64,000 bases of DNA from an uncultured Acidimicrobiaceae bacterium. GTDB lineage: Bacteria > Actinomycetota > Acidimicrobiia > Acidimicrobiales > RAAP-2. The notes under the pieces are model-generated. The model ran no database searches. It saw only the letters and a list, made by a program, of their open reading frames with translations, and was not told where the DNA came from. The position numbers and the translations under genes are program-made. Below are positions 49,318 through 60,695 of the stretch, piece by piece; the first letter of the stretch is position 1; each line of letters opens with the position of its first letter. The DNA lies in NCBI GenBank assembly GCA_963726545.1, contig CAVSCV010000008.1, forward strand, positions 61,887 through 125,886, given 5' to 3'.

Positions 49318-49594
49318 ACAACTACTACCCTCCATTCGCAACCCAAAAGCAACACTTCGGGCGTGACGGCCACTGCACCCGAGCGCCGCAGCGCCGCCCA
49401 CACCCACATCGAGGGGCGAGCCGGGCTAGCTCGCCAGAGACACCGGAGCGGTCAGCTCGGGCTCGAATGACCCGATCGGCCGGGACCCCAATGGACCCGA
49501 AGGAGGAGCCGGCCACTCATCGGCTCGGAACGAGAGGCAGGAGCGAACGGGATCGGCGGACGATCCCCCGCCGGACGCCCGGAGTACGAGTCGG

Positions 49595-50275
49595 CTAGCC
49601 CAGCTGGTCGAACGAGCGCAGAAGCGAGTCCGCCAAGGCGCGCAGGTCCACCGTCGAAGTTGGACCGAGGTCGTCCAGGCCCACCGCAACCGTGCGCAAG
49701 GCGTCGGCCAACCGGTCCGGCCCACCCTCACCGACACCGAGCAACGCCGCCAGCGGATCGGGGTCCCAGTGCGTGTAGACGCACGAGGAGAAGAGCGCGC
49801 CCTCCCGGGCCCGCCACTGGGACAGCCCGACCAACTTGCGTCGCCCCGCAAACACCTCGCCCGGGCCGCATCCTGCGAAGCACACCAGGTCTCCCAGCGC
49901 CCCCGGCTCGGACTTGCCGACGTGCACGCGCAGCTCGTCGATTCCGATCGCGCCCAGCGCGTCAGACCACCAGGAGCCGGCCCATTCCGCCGCCACCGCC
50001 ACGTCCATCACCCACGAGGGATCTGCGCGCGGGATCCACGCGTCGAGCCAGAGGTGGTCGCCCGGCTGCAGCAGTACCGCTCCCCCGCCACCGCGCCGAC
50101 GCTCGACGACGACATGGGCGGCCGCCGCGGCCGAGTCCGGCACCAGGTCCGGCGACTGTGTACTGCCCAGGACGAGCGTCGGCTGCGCGGCGGCCTGGAC
50201 GACGGCCAGCCGCCGGGGCTCGGAGCGGAAGCGCTCGACGTCGAAGAAGGGTGACGGTGCTGCGGAGGGCGGCAA
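49595..50275 (-). CDS. Biotin/lipoate protein ligase (BPL/LPL catalytic domain) family protein, tentative
   Basis: 226-aa ORF with normal composition. Segments such as RRRGGGGAVLLQPGD and GRRKLVGLSQWR resemble LplA/LipB-type catalytic cores. Assignment from memory. Confidence 0.5.
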   Translation of the reverse strand: MPPSAAPSPFFDVERFRSEPRRLAVVQAAAQPTLVLGSTQSPDLVPDSAAAAAHVVVERRRGGGGAVLLQPGDHLWLDAWIPRADPSWVMDVAVAAEWAGSWWSDALGAIGIDELRVHVGKSEPGALGDLVCFAGCGPGEVFAGRRKLVGLSQWRAREGALFSSCVYTHWDPDPLAALLGVGEGGPDRLADALRTVAVGLDDLGPTSTVDLRALADSLLRSFDQLG

Positions 50276-50281
50276 ACCCGA

Positions 50282-50788
50282 TTAGGAGGCCGCAGCCAAG
50301 TACGGCTCCCACAGGGGATCCACGTCCGAGAGGTGCCGCAGGCGCCAGAGATGCCCGTCGGGCGGCGCCGGCTTCACCCGCATGGTCCACCCCAGTTCGG
50401 AGAGGAGTTGGTCCGCCTTCTGGAGGTTGTCCCGTTTGCAGGCGGCCACCACGTTGGTCCACTCGTGCGTGCCGCCGCGGCTACGCGGGATGACGTGGTC
50501 GATCGTGTCGGCCGGCTGGGAGCAGTACACGCACAGACCTCCGTCGCGCCGGAGCACGGAACGGCGGGTCACCGGAGGCGTCCGGGCCCAGCGAGGGATC
50601 CGCACCATGTGGGTCAGACGGACGATGGAGGGGACGTCGACCTGAATGCGGGCGGAGTGGAACACACTGCAGTCCCCGCGGACTGCAACCGACTCTGCCC
50701 GACCCGCCAGCATGAGAACGACAGCTCGACGGTCCGAGACGAGTGCGAGCGGCTCGTAAGTCGCATTGAGGAGGAGCACCCGCTCCAT
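50282..50788 (-). CDS. HNH endonuclease (small McrA-like type)
   Basis: CVYCSQPADTIDHVIPRSRGGTHEWTNVVAACKRDNLQKAD is a canonical HNH/CxxC motif. 168 aa. Confidence 0.85.
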   Translation of the reverse strand: MERVLLLNATYEPLALVSDRRAVVLMLAGRAESVAVRGDCSVFHSARIQVDVPSIVRLTHMVRIPRWARTPPVTRRSVLRRDGGLCVYCSQPADTIDHVIPRSRGGTHEWTNVVAACKRDNLQKADQLLSELGWTMRVKPAPPDGHLWRLRHLSDVDPLWEPYLAAAS

Positions 50789-50800
50789 ACCCGACAGAGG

Positions 50801-51082
50801 CTACCCGCCGGGGGGCCGGGTCCTCTGACACCAGCGCAGGAAGGCGACCACGTCTTCCTTGGTGAGGTCGCCCTCGCTGCCGTCCCCGCCGTAGGCCGTT
50901 ACCAGCCGGAAGTGCCAGTACGCCTCGCCCGGTAGGGGCAGGAAGGGCGCCCGGTGCCACCAGCCCCGCCGGGCCAGCCTGCGCACGGCACCCAGGGCCG
51001 TCCACCACAGGGACGGATGCCCGAGGACGGCTCCGAGCACCACCCGGACGTGGCGCGCCCACCCGCCCCGACCGTCACTCAC
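50801..51082 (-). CDS. Small Trp/Arg-rich hypothetical protein (93 aa)
   Basis: C-terminal part of ORF 50801..51601. The GTG start at 51082 forms a GTGA overlap with the ROK gene stop. Sequence ...PSLWWTALGAVRRLARRGWWHRAPFLPLPGEAYWHFRLVTAYGG. Confidence 0.5.
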   Translation of the reverse strand: MSDGRGGWARHVRVVLGAVLGHPSLWWTALGAVRRLARRGWWHRAPFLPLPGEAYWHFRLVTAYGGDGSEGDLTKEDVVAFLRWCQRTRPPGG

Positions 51083-51966
51083 GCCGGCGTTCCCGCCTCG
51101 AGCGCGTTCCAGCCGACCCGGGCCGCCCCGACAAGGGGCCCACCGTCGCCCAGTCCGCCCGGGACCACCCGCGTCCCGCGGGCGAAATCGAGGCGGCAGC
51201 GCAGATCCATTTCGGCCTGCGCCGCCGAGAAGAAAGGAGCGCCGAAGCCCAGGGCGACCGAGCCGCTCACCACCGCCAGCGGCAGATCGAGCAGGTTCGC
51301 CACCGACGCAATGGCCAAGCCGACCAACCGACCGGTCCGCTCCACCGTCTCGGGTGATGCCTCCGCGGCCGGCCGCCCGGTCATCGCCGCGATGGCCGTG
51401 CCCGATGCCTCGGCCTCGAGGCAACCGTGGCCGCCGCACGGGCACTCCCGCCCGTCGGGCACCACGATCACGTGGCCCACGTGTCCCGCATTGCCCAGTC
51501 GGCCGGAGAGCAAGCGGTCGTCGAGAATCACTCCCCCGCCCACGCCGGTCGACACCACCATCCCGATGTAGTCGCGCTGGCCCATGGCCGCGCCGACCCA
51601 TCCCTCACCGAGCGCCAAGGCCTTGGCGTCATTGTCCACGTAGGTCGGCAGACCGGTCAGCTCGGCGACCCGGCGCCGCAAGGGAAACCCTCGCCAGCCC
51701 GTGATGTTGAGCGGTGACACCTCTTCGCCGCCCGGGCTCATCGGTCCTCCACACCCGACGCCACAGACCACGAGGCGGTCGTCGGCTGCGACCCGCTGCA
51801 CCATCTCGGTGACCAGCGCAGCCAGGTGGGACCAGAGCTCCTCGCCGGACGATGAGGCGGCCGCCGTCGGGGCCTGGGCCCGCTGCAGCAGCTCCCCGGC
51901 CCCGGTCACCAGGCCACAGGCCAGCTTGGTACCGCCGATGTCGACGGCCAGCGCCAGATCTGCCAC
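51079..51966 (-). CDS. ROK family sugar kinase (glucokinase-like)
   Basis: LAVDIGGTK ATP motif, DNDAKALALGE, and the zinc motif GHVGHVIVVPDGRECPCGGHGCLE. GTG start at 51966 (alternatives 51990 and 52011). Confidence 0.85.
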   Translation of the reverse strand: MADLALAVDIGGTKLACGLVTGAGELLQRAQAPTAAASSSGEELWSHLAALVTEMVQRVAADDRLVVCGVGCGGPMSPGGEEVSPLNITGWRGFPLRRRVAELTGLPTYVDNDAKALALGEGWVGAAMGQRDYIGMVVSTGVGGGVILDDRLLSGRLGNAGHVGHVIVVPDGRECPCGGHGCLEAEASGTAIAAMTGRPAAEASPETVERTGRLVGLAIASVANLLDLPLAVVSGSVALGFGAPFFSAAQAEMDLRCRLDFARGTRVVPGGLGDGGPLVGAARVGWNALEAGTPA

Positions 51967-52132
51967 GAGTCGAGAGACTACGGAGCACACGCCGGTGCGG
52001 CGCGCACCCACGACACCACATTCACGCGAACCCGAGCCATGACCCGACGCATTCGATCCGGCACGACGGCCTGGCCCCAGACGCGAAAAAGCCCCGCCGG
52101 CCAGGGCGGGGCACACGACACGGAGGCGCCGG

Positions 52133-52537
52133 TCATTCCTCCCGGCGGTGAAAGCGGGAGCGGAACCAGTCGCGGGCATCGCTCACCGCACCCTCGATCC
52201 CGCTCGGCGCCGACCCGTCGCGAGCGGCCTCGCCGTCCTTGGCCCGCCGGATGTCGTGCCATCCGGCCTTCCCCATGCGGCGGAGGTTTCGCTCGAACCA
52301 GACGGCCGAGGCGAACATGATCACGACGCCGAGGAAGCCGGCCGGGACCGACTTGGAGTAGAAGGCAACCAGGATGACCACACCGAGGACGAAGGTCACC
52401 GCCGCCCACTTGCAGTAGCGGCCCGCGTGCCGATAGACGGTCTCGGAACGCACCCGCTCCGCGAACTCGGGGTCCTGGCGAACCAGCGACTCCTCGAGCT
52501 CAGCGAGAATGCGCTGCTCATGGTCGGAAAGCGGCAC
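52133..52537 (-). CDS. DUF3040 domain membrane protein
   Basis: N-terminal PLSDHEQRILAELEESLVRQDPEF signature and two TM helices. GTG start at 52537. Confidence 0.75.
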   Translation of the reverse strand: MPLSDHEQRILAELEESLVRQDPEFAERVRSETVYRHAGRYCKWAAVTFVLGVVILVAFYSKSVPAGFLGVVIMFASAVWFERNLRRMGKAGWHDIRRAKDGEAARDGSAPSGIEGAVSDARDWFRSRFHRREE

Positions 52538-52756
52538 TAGATACTGCCCCCTGGGATCTCCACATCCATCCGACCGCCATGTTGACACGCCGAGAGGGCG
52601 CGGACAATGCGGATTTGCCCCCCCTGCCCTGCCCGAACTGCTGTCTCCACCAGCAGCAGCTTAGAACCCGCCAACTCCGATCGGCACGCGGTCACCGGCG
52701 GGTTACCCATCGCTCAGCTCCGACTCAGACATCGCCCGGGGGCCCACGGCGCCCAC

Positions 52757-53047
52757 CTAGTCCTCGGACGTGCCCCGGGTCCGGTGCCGCATGAGGAGGG
52801 CGCCGATCAGCGCGCCCAGTAGCCCCGCGATGAGGATCACGAGGATCAGGGGTTCGGACCGGTCGTAGATCCAGAAATTGATCTTGACCGACTTCAGGTT
52901 GGCCAGAGCGAACCAGACCAAGAAGATGGCGGCCACGGCCAAGCCGACCAGGGCCACTGTGCTCCGGCCACCTTTTTCCTCGGCTCCGTCGTCGCCCCCG
53001 TTCGCGACGACCGGCTGGGCCCCTCCGTCACGCTTGGCCTTTGCCAT
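52757..53047 (-). CDS. LapA-domain (DUF1049) small membrane protein
   Basis: 96 aa. Two TM helices flanking VKINFWIYDRSEPL. ATG at 53047. Confidence 0.6.
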   Translation of the reverse strand: MAKAKRDGGAQPVVANGGDDGAEEKGGRSTVALVGLAVAAIFLVWFALANLKSVKINFWIYDRSEPLILVILIAGLLGALIGALLMRHRTRGTSED

Positions 53048-53238
53048 CTCACCATTGTGCCGTGCGCCGCCCCGGGAACGGTGCCACCCCCGGTCCGGCC
53101 TCTCCGCCCGAGCACGCCAGCTGCTATGAGAGTGGTCCCGAAATCGCCATGGGGCTCCATGGACCACCGCCGGCCGCCCCCCGGCGCCCCAGCCCGCCCC
53201 CGGCCCGCATCACGCACGCCCACAAGGAGCAGCCAGCC

Positions 53239-54807
53239 ATGAGCACGAGCACCCGCGAAATACTGACCGGAGCCCAGACCATGTGGGAGCTGGTCGAGCG
53301 CCGGGCCCAGGGGTCGCACGATCACCCCATGCTCATCGCGCCGGATGGCGAGACCCTCACCTTCGGGCAGTTCCGCGATCGTGCCGAGCGGGTCGCCGCC
53401 GGCCTCCACGCCATGGGCATCACCACCGGATCCGTCGTCTCGTGGCAGCTCCCCACGCGCATCGACACGGTCGTCCTCTCCATTGCGCTCACTCGGCTCG
53501 GTGCGCTCCAGAACCCGATCATCCACCTCTACCGCGAGCGCGAGGTCGGCTTCGCGCTGCGCCAGACCGGCGCGACCCTCTTCGTGCACCCCGGCACCTG
53601 GCGCGACACCGACTACGCCGCGCTGGCCGAGCGTGCCCTCGAGGGCGCCTCCTCTGCGCCGGCGCTCCTCTCCGTCGAAGCCGGCCTGCCCGAAGCCGAC
53701 CCCGCCTCCCTGCCCGCACCTCCCCCGGGGGCTCCCGCCGCCGAAGCCCCGATCCGCTGGATCTATTACACGTCGGGCTCCACCGCGGATCCGAAGGGCG
53801 TGCAGCACACCGACCAGACGTTGATCGCCGGCGGGTGGGGTCTCGCCCGCGCCCTCGACATGGGCCCCGACGACATCGGGTCCATCGCCTTCCCCTACGC
53901 CCACATCGGCGGACCCGACTACCTGATGTCGATGCTGTCCATGGGATTCCCGGCCGTGCTCCTCGAGGCCTTCTCCGCCCCCGACGCCCTCGAGGTCTTC
54001 AACCGCCACGGCGCCACCGTGGTCGGTGGGAGCACCGCCTTCTACGTGGCCTACCTGGTCGAGCAGCGCAAGCAACCGGGCCGGCCGATCCTCCCGACGC
54101 TCCGCCTCATGGTCGGAGGCGGCGCCGCCAAGCCGCCCGAGCTGCACTACGAGGTGCGCGACGAGATCGGCGGGCGAGGCGTGGTCCACGGCTATGGCAT
54201 GACCGAGGTGCCCATGATCGCCAACGGCTCGCCCCACGACACCGACGAGCAGCTGGCCAACACCGACGGCCGCCCGGTGGAAGGGGCCGACGTCCGAATC
54301 GTCCGCCTCGACGGTCAGCCGGCCGGGCCCGACGAGGAAGGCGAGATCCGGGTCAAGGGCCCGATGGTCTTCCACGGCTACACCGACCCCGAGCTGACCG
54401 AGGATGCGTTCGACGACCAGGGCTACTTCCGCACGGGCGACCTCGGGCGGCTGCGGGCCGACGGCTACCTCACCCTGACCGGACGACTGAAGGACGTCAT
54501 CGTGCGCAAGGGCGAGAACATCAGCGCCAAGGAGATCGAGGACCTGCTCTATACCCACCCCAAGGTGGTCGAGGTCGCAGTGATCGGCCTCCCCGACCCC
54601 GAGCGGGGCGAGCGCGTGTGCGCCGTCGTGCAACTGACCGACGGCGCAGACGGCCTCGCCCTCCAGGAGATCGTCGCCTTCTGCAGGGAGGCGGGCCTCA
54701 TGACCCAGAAGATTCCCGAGCAGGTCGAGATCCGGACCGACTGGCCCCGGGCCGGAACGGGCAAGATCGTCAAGCGGACCCTGCAGAGCGAATACGGCGC
54801 GGCGTGA
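53239..54807 (+). CDS. AMP-dependent acyl-CoA synthetase/ligase
   Basis: YTSGSTADPKGVQHT (AMP motif I), YGMTE, FRTGDLG and KGENISAKEIE. ATG 53239 after AAGGAG. Confidence 0.9.
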   Translation: MSTSTREILTGAQTMWELVERRAQGSHDHPMLIAPDGETLTFGQFRDRAERVAAGLHAMGITTGSVVSWQLPTRIDTVVLSIALTRLGALQNPIIHLYREREVGFALRQTGATLFVHPGTWRDTDYAALAERALEGASSAPALLSVEAGLPEADPASLPAPPPGAPAAEAPIRWIYYTSGSTADPKGVQHTDQTLIAGGWGLARALDMGPDDIGSIAFPYAHIGGPDYLMSMLSMGFPAVLLEAFSAPDALEVFNRHGATVVGGSTAFYVAYLVEQRKQPGRPILPTLRLMVGGGAAKPPELHYEVRDEIGGRGVVHGYGMTEVPMIANGSPHDTDEQLANTDGRPVEGADVRIVRLDGQPAGPDEEGEIRVKGPMVFHGYTDPELTEDAFDDQGYFRTGDLGRLRADGYLTLTGRLKDVIVRKGENISAKEIEDLLYTHPKVVEVAVIGLPDPERGERVCAVVQLTDGADGLALQEIVAFCREAGLMTQKIPEQVEIRTDWPRAGTGKIVKRTLQSEYGAA

Positions 54808-54869
54808 GCCCGGGAGCGGGCGGCAACCGCAACACCACGACCGGAGCGACGCCACGGCGCAGTCGGGCC

Positions 54870-55412
54870 GTGCCACCGGCGCCGCTCGCCCTTCCTGGCG
54901 AAGGTGGCCTCTACCGGATCTCGTTCGTCTGCACGGGCAACATCTGCCGCTCACCCATGGCCGAGGTCATCACCCGAAGCCTGGCGGTGGGCACAGAGCT
55001 CGCCGACGGCAGCGATCTCGGGAGCCACCTCGACGTCCGGAGCGCCGGGACGGGCCCCTGGCACGAGGGCGAGCCCATGCACCCTTTCGCCGCCGACGCC
55101 CTGGTCCGCGCCGGCTACCCCCGCCACCCCCACGTGGCCCACCAGTTCTCCACGGCCGGCGCCGGCCAGATCGACTTCGTCGTCGCCCTCGACCGCCGCC
55201 ACCAGCAGACGCTGCGGAGCCTCGGAGTGGATCCCGACCGGCTGGCCCTGCTCCGCTCGTTCGACCCGGCTTCCGGGGTGGGCGCCGACGTCCCCGACCC
55301 CTATTACGGCGACGACGCCGTCTTCGACCAGTGCCTCCGGATGATCGAGGCCTCGTGCATCGGCCTGGTGGCCTCGCTCGCCACCCATTGGGACACGCTC
55401 GGCGCCGCCTGA
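54870..55412 (+). CDS. Low-molecular-weight protein-tyrosine phosphatase
   Basis: FVCTGNICRSPMAE (C-x5-R-S P-loop) and DVPDPYYG (DP general acid). GTG 54870 is the only in-frame canonical start upstream of the P-loop. Confidence 0.85.
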   Translation: MPPAPLALPGEGGLYRISFVCTGNICRSPMAEVITRSLAVGTELADGSDLGSHLDVRSAGTGPWHEGEPMHPFAADALVRAGYPRHPHVAHQFSTAGAGQIDFVVALDRRHQQTLRSLGVDPDRLALLRSFDPASGVGADVPDPYYGDDAVFDQCLRMIEASCIGLVASLATHWDTLGAA

Positions 55413-55486
55413 GCCCCCTGCCGCCGCCACGGCAGGGCTCCGACCGTGCCCGGTGGCCACCACATCAGGTGTGACATAGTGCCGCC

Positions 55487-56899
55487 GTGGTCTCACGCAG
55501 GGTCCGCCGGCGGCGGAGGCAGTTCGCCGTTGGCGGGGCTGTGTTCTTCTTGTTCTTGATCTGGCTGATCTTTTTCTCCGGCGGCGGCAGCGGCAAGGCG
55601 CCGCCTGCCTCCTCGGGCCAGTCCACCTCGACCACCCACGGCACGGCGGTCACGGCCGCCCAGCACTTTCCCAAGCGCTCCCCGCTGAACCCGGACTGGA
55701 CCGGTGACGGGAAGGCGGTGACCCTCGGCTTCGGCGGGGACGTCCACTTCGCCGGCGCCGTCGGCGAGCGGCTGGCCAACAACCCGACCACCGCGCTCGG
55801 CAGCACGATCCCCCAGCTCTTCGCCAACACCCAGTTGAGCATGGTCAACCTGGAGACGGCGGTCACCAACGGCGTCTGCCCCGAGCCCCAAGCCAAGCCG
55901 TACATCTTCGACGCGCCGGCCTCGGCCATCACCGCCCTCAAGGCGGCCAGCATCGGCCTGGCCACCCAGGCCAACGACCATGGAGAGGACTGCGGCCAGC
56001 AAGGGCTCTCCCAGAACCTCAACATCGCGGCGCAGGCCAAGTACCCCATCATCGGGATCGGCAACAACGCGGCCCAGGCCTTCACCCCCTATCGGGTCAC
56101 CCTGAACGGGCAGCGCATCGCCATCATCTCGGCGACCCAGGTCATCGCCAGCAATCTCATCAGCGGGTGGACGGCGACGAGCACCCAGCCCGGCGTGGCC
56201 TCCGCCATCGACCCCACCGCGCTCGTCCGCGAGGTCCAGCAGGTGCGCAAGACCGCCGACACGGTGATCGTCTACGTCCACTGGGGCACCGAGACCCAGG
56301 CCTGCCCGAACCCGCAGCAGGGCCCGCTGGCCCAGCAATTGGTCAAGGCGGGGGCCGACATCGTGATCGGCACGAACGCCCACGTCCTCCTCGGCGCGGG
56401 CTACATGGGCAGCGCCTACGTCGACTACGGCCTGGGCAACTTCGCGTTCTACGACGACACGGCTCCCGAGACCGACAGCGGCTCGCTGATCATCACGGCC
56501 ACGGGCCGTCACGTCACCGCCGCTGCCTTCCGGCCCGCCACCATCCTCAACGGCCTCCCCCAGCCACTGACCGGTGCCCCCGCGCAGACCGCGCTGCAGA
56601 GTTGGAACTCGGCCCGAACCTGCACCGGCCTGGCGGCGACGCCTTCGACCAGCGTGGCGACCATGCGCGGCGAGTCCGTGCCCTTCGTGGCGCCGGCTGC
56701 GCCGCCCACCACGACCACCGTGCCGGCCACCGGCAGCAACAACAGCAACAGCACCACGACAACAGCAACCGGTGCCTCGTCGTCGACCCACGGCGGCGGC
56801 GGAACGACCACCACAACCGGGAGCGGCGGATCGGGGACCACCACGACGACGGTCCCGCCGACGACCACCACCTCCCCGACGGACAACGCCGGCGGTTAG
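55487..56899 (+). CDS. CapA-family (PGA_cap metallophosphatase-like) protein with an N-terminal TM and a Thr/Ser/Gly-rich C-terminal tail
   Basis: GFGGDVHF, NLETAVT, ATQANDHGED, VYVHWGTE and GTNAHVL are the CapA metallophosphatase landmarks. Confidence 0.85.
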   Translation: MVSRRVRRRRRQFAVGGAVFFLFLIWLIFFSGGGSGKAPPASSGQSTSTTHGTAVTAAQHFPKRSPLNPDWTGDGKAVTLGFGGDVHFAGAVGERLANNPTTALGSTIPQLFANTQLSMVNLETAVTNGVCPEPQAKPYIFDAPASAITALKAASIGLATQANDHGEDCGQQGLSQNLNIAAQAKYPIIGIGNNAAQAFTPYRVTLNGQRIAIISATQVIASNLISGWTATSTQPGVASAIDPTALVREVQQVRKTADTVIVYVHWGTETQACPNPQQGPLAQQLVKAGADIVIGTNAHVLLGAGYMGSAYVDYGLGNFAFYDDTAPETDSGSLIITATGRHVTAAAFRPATILNGLPQPLTGAPAQTALQSWNSARTCTGLAATPSTSVATMRGESVPFVAPAAPPTTTTVPATGSNNSNSTTTTATGASSSTHGGGGTTTTTGSGGSGTTTTTVPPTTTTSPTDNAGG

Positions 56900-57204
56900 C
56901 CGACCGTCCAGAACCCGGGGCGGGCCAACCTAGAACGCCACCCGGCACCAGTTCGACGCCGACCATTGGGTTCGAAAAGCGCCTCGGATTTCGTGCCGAC
57001 ACGACCACCCGATGCCCTGGGCAGAGGTCTCCGCAACAGACGCATCATCAAATCCGGGGCGGGTACGCTCACTGGCGGAGTGCCGCAGAGTCCTGTCGAA
57101 GAAGTGCGCGCGTCGACCCGGAAATGGCAAGTGTTCCTTGAGGTACTTGGTGCGTTCCGGCACGACCGCTCTCATGCGCTTCGCATCGTGAGCACCGAGA
57201 ACCG

Positions 57205-58206
57205 ATGAACGTGGGCCTTGCCGGGTTGGCTTTCGTCCTCGGTGCGTGCGTCAGCCTGGGCACGAGTTGGGTACTGGTCTCACGTCTCGAGCGAGTCGGA
57301 GAGCGACTCGGGTTGTCAGAAGCGCTACTAGGCATCGTGGCGGCATTGGCTGCCGATGCACCTGAGATCACGGCGTCGATTACCGCCCTGGTGCACCACC
57401 AATCATCCGTGGGAGCGGGGGTCGTCCTGGGTTCCAATGTCTTCAACCTGGCGGCCCTCCTCGGGCTGGGTGCTGTCGTAGCGGGCCGAATCAGGCTCCA
57501 CCGCAAGGTGGTCGTCTTTAGCGGCGTCGCCTCGATGTTGATCGGGATTTGCTGTCTGCTCAGTGTCGGAGGAACCCTCTCGGCCACTGCCGGATTCGTT
57601 CTCGTCCTGTGCGTCCTCATCCCCTACGTGCTTCTCCTGGGAGCACACGAACGGATCCTTGGATTGTTTGGGCGGCCAAACCGCTACACGTCGTGGATCG
57701 CGGCTGCGGTCGTGGAGGAAGAGGGCGAGCTTGAAGAGGCTATCCACCCTCGTCGAGGTACTCCTGTCGACGTCGCCGTGGCGGGATGTGGGTTGGTTGT
57801 CGTTGTCGCGGCCAGTGTCGCCATGGAACAGGGCGCATCGACCTTGGGGACGCACTTTCAAGTTCCTGACATCGTTCTCGGTGGCCTAATCCTGGCCGCT
57901 GTGACCAGCCTGCCCAACGCTGTTTCGGCGATCTACCTGGCCCGGCGCGGCCGCGGTGCGGCGGCACTCAGTACTGCGCTCAACTCGAACTCACTCAACG
58001 TTGCCTTTGGACTTCTCCTCCCCGCCGCGCTGATCGGTCTGACGAGATCCTCGGCATCAGGGGTGCTCGTGGCAAGTTGGTATGTGGGACTGACGGCGAT
58101 CACATTGGCCCTCGCGTATGTCGGACAGGGTCTCCGCAGACCAGCCGGGGCCTGCATTATCGGCGGCTATGTCCTCTTTGTCGTCGTGGTGCTCGCCTTC
58201 AGTTAG
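57205..58206 (+). CDS. Sodium/calcium exchanger (CaCA family) membrane protein
   Basis: Two alpha-repeat-like segments (GIVAALAADAPEITASI..GSNVFNL and GGLILAAVTSLPNAVSAI..NSNSLNV). ~10 TM helices. Visibly lower GC than its neighbours. Confidence 0.8.
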   Translation: MNVGLAGLAFVLGACVSLGTSWVLVSRLERVGERLGLSEALLGIVAALAADAPEITASITALVHHQSSVGAGVVLGSNVFNLAALLGLGAVVAGRIRLHRKVVVFSGVASMLIGICCLLSVGGTLSATAGFVLVLCVLIPYVLLLGAHERILGLFGRPNRYTSWIAAAVVEEEGELEEAIHPRRGTPVDVAVAGCGLVVVVAASVAMEQGASTLGTHFQVPDIVLGGLILAAVTSLPNAVSAIYLARRGRGAAALSTALNSNSLNVAFGLLLPAALIGLTRSSASGVLVASWYVGLTAITLALAYVGQGLRRPAGACIIGGYVLFVVVVLAFS

Positions 58207-58307
58207 GGCAGTGGAAGTAACGAGGCCAGTTTGCATACAGAGACAAGGTGCATCGAGCAAGGATTCTTCCGCACTCATTGAGAGCGCGACTCTGGCGGAC
58301 AGCGTGC

Positions 58308-60413
<2,106 letters not shown>

Positions 60414-60695
60414 TCAGAATGCGCTGCTCTCCCCGCACCATTATGGGTGCCCACCGCCCGACTCCGCCCGGACCCCTCCTGGCGGCCTCCTCGTCGTGCG
60501 CCCGGACACCCGGCGCGCGCCGGTCGTGTCAGTCAGCCTTCCGGCCCGCTGCCCAGCCGCGCTACGGTCGCCGCGGCAGATGCGGGCCGGCGGGCCGGGC
60601 ATCGCCGGTGTCAGGCCTGATCGACGACCCCGCCACCGCGCGTCGACACGGGCTCGAGAAGCAGATCACAAACCGAGACAGGAAGGCCCTCTCCC

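Noticed and set aside
51083-51601. N-terminal two-thirds of ORF 50801..51601
   Set aside because: Out-of-frame overlap with the ROK kinase gene. Only the last 93 codons, starting at a GTGA junction, look like a gene.
53283-54869. First ~530 codons of the 709-aa ORF 53283..55412
   Set aside because: Out-of-frame shadow of the acyl-CoA ligase gene (Arg/Pro/Gly-rich). Only the last 180 codons (LMW-PTP) look real.
52894-54954. 686-aa minus-strand ORF
   Set aside because: Antisense shadow of the acyl-CoA ligase. Low-complexity G/R/A/V composition and no motifs.
56968-56978. GGGTTCGAAAA, which resembles a tRNA T-loop
   Set aside because: The flanking bases cannot form a T-stem or acceptor stem. 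No tRNA-like cloverleaf was found here or elsewhere in the window.
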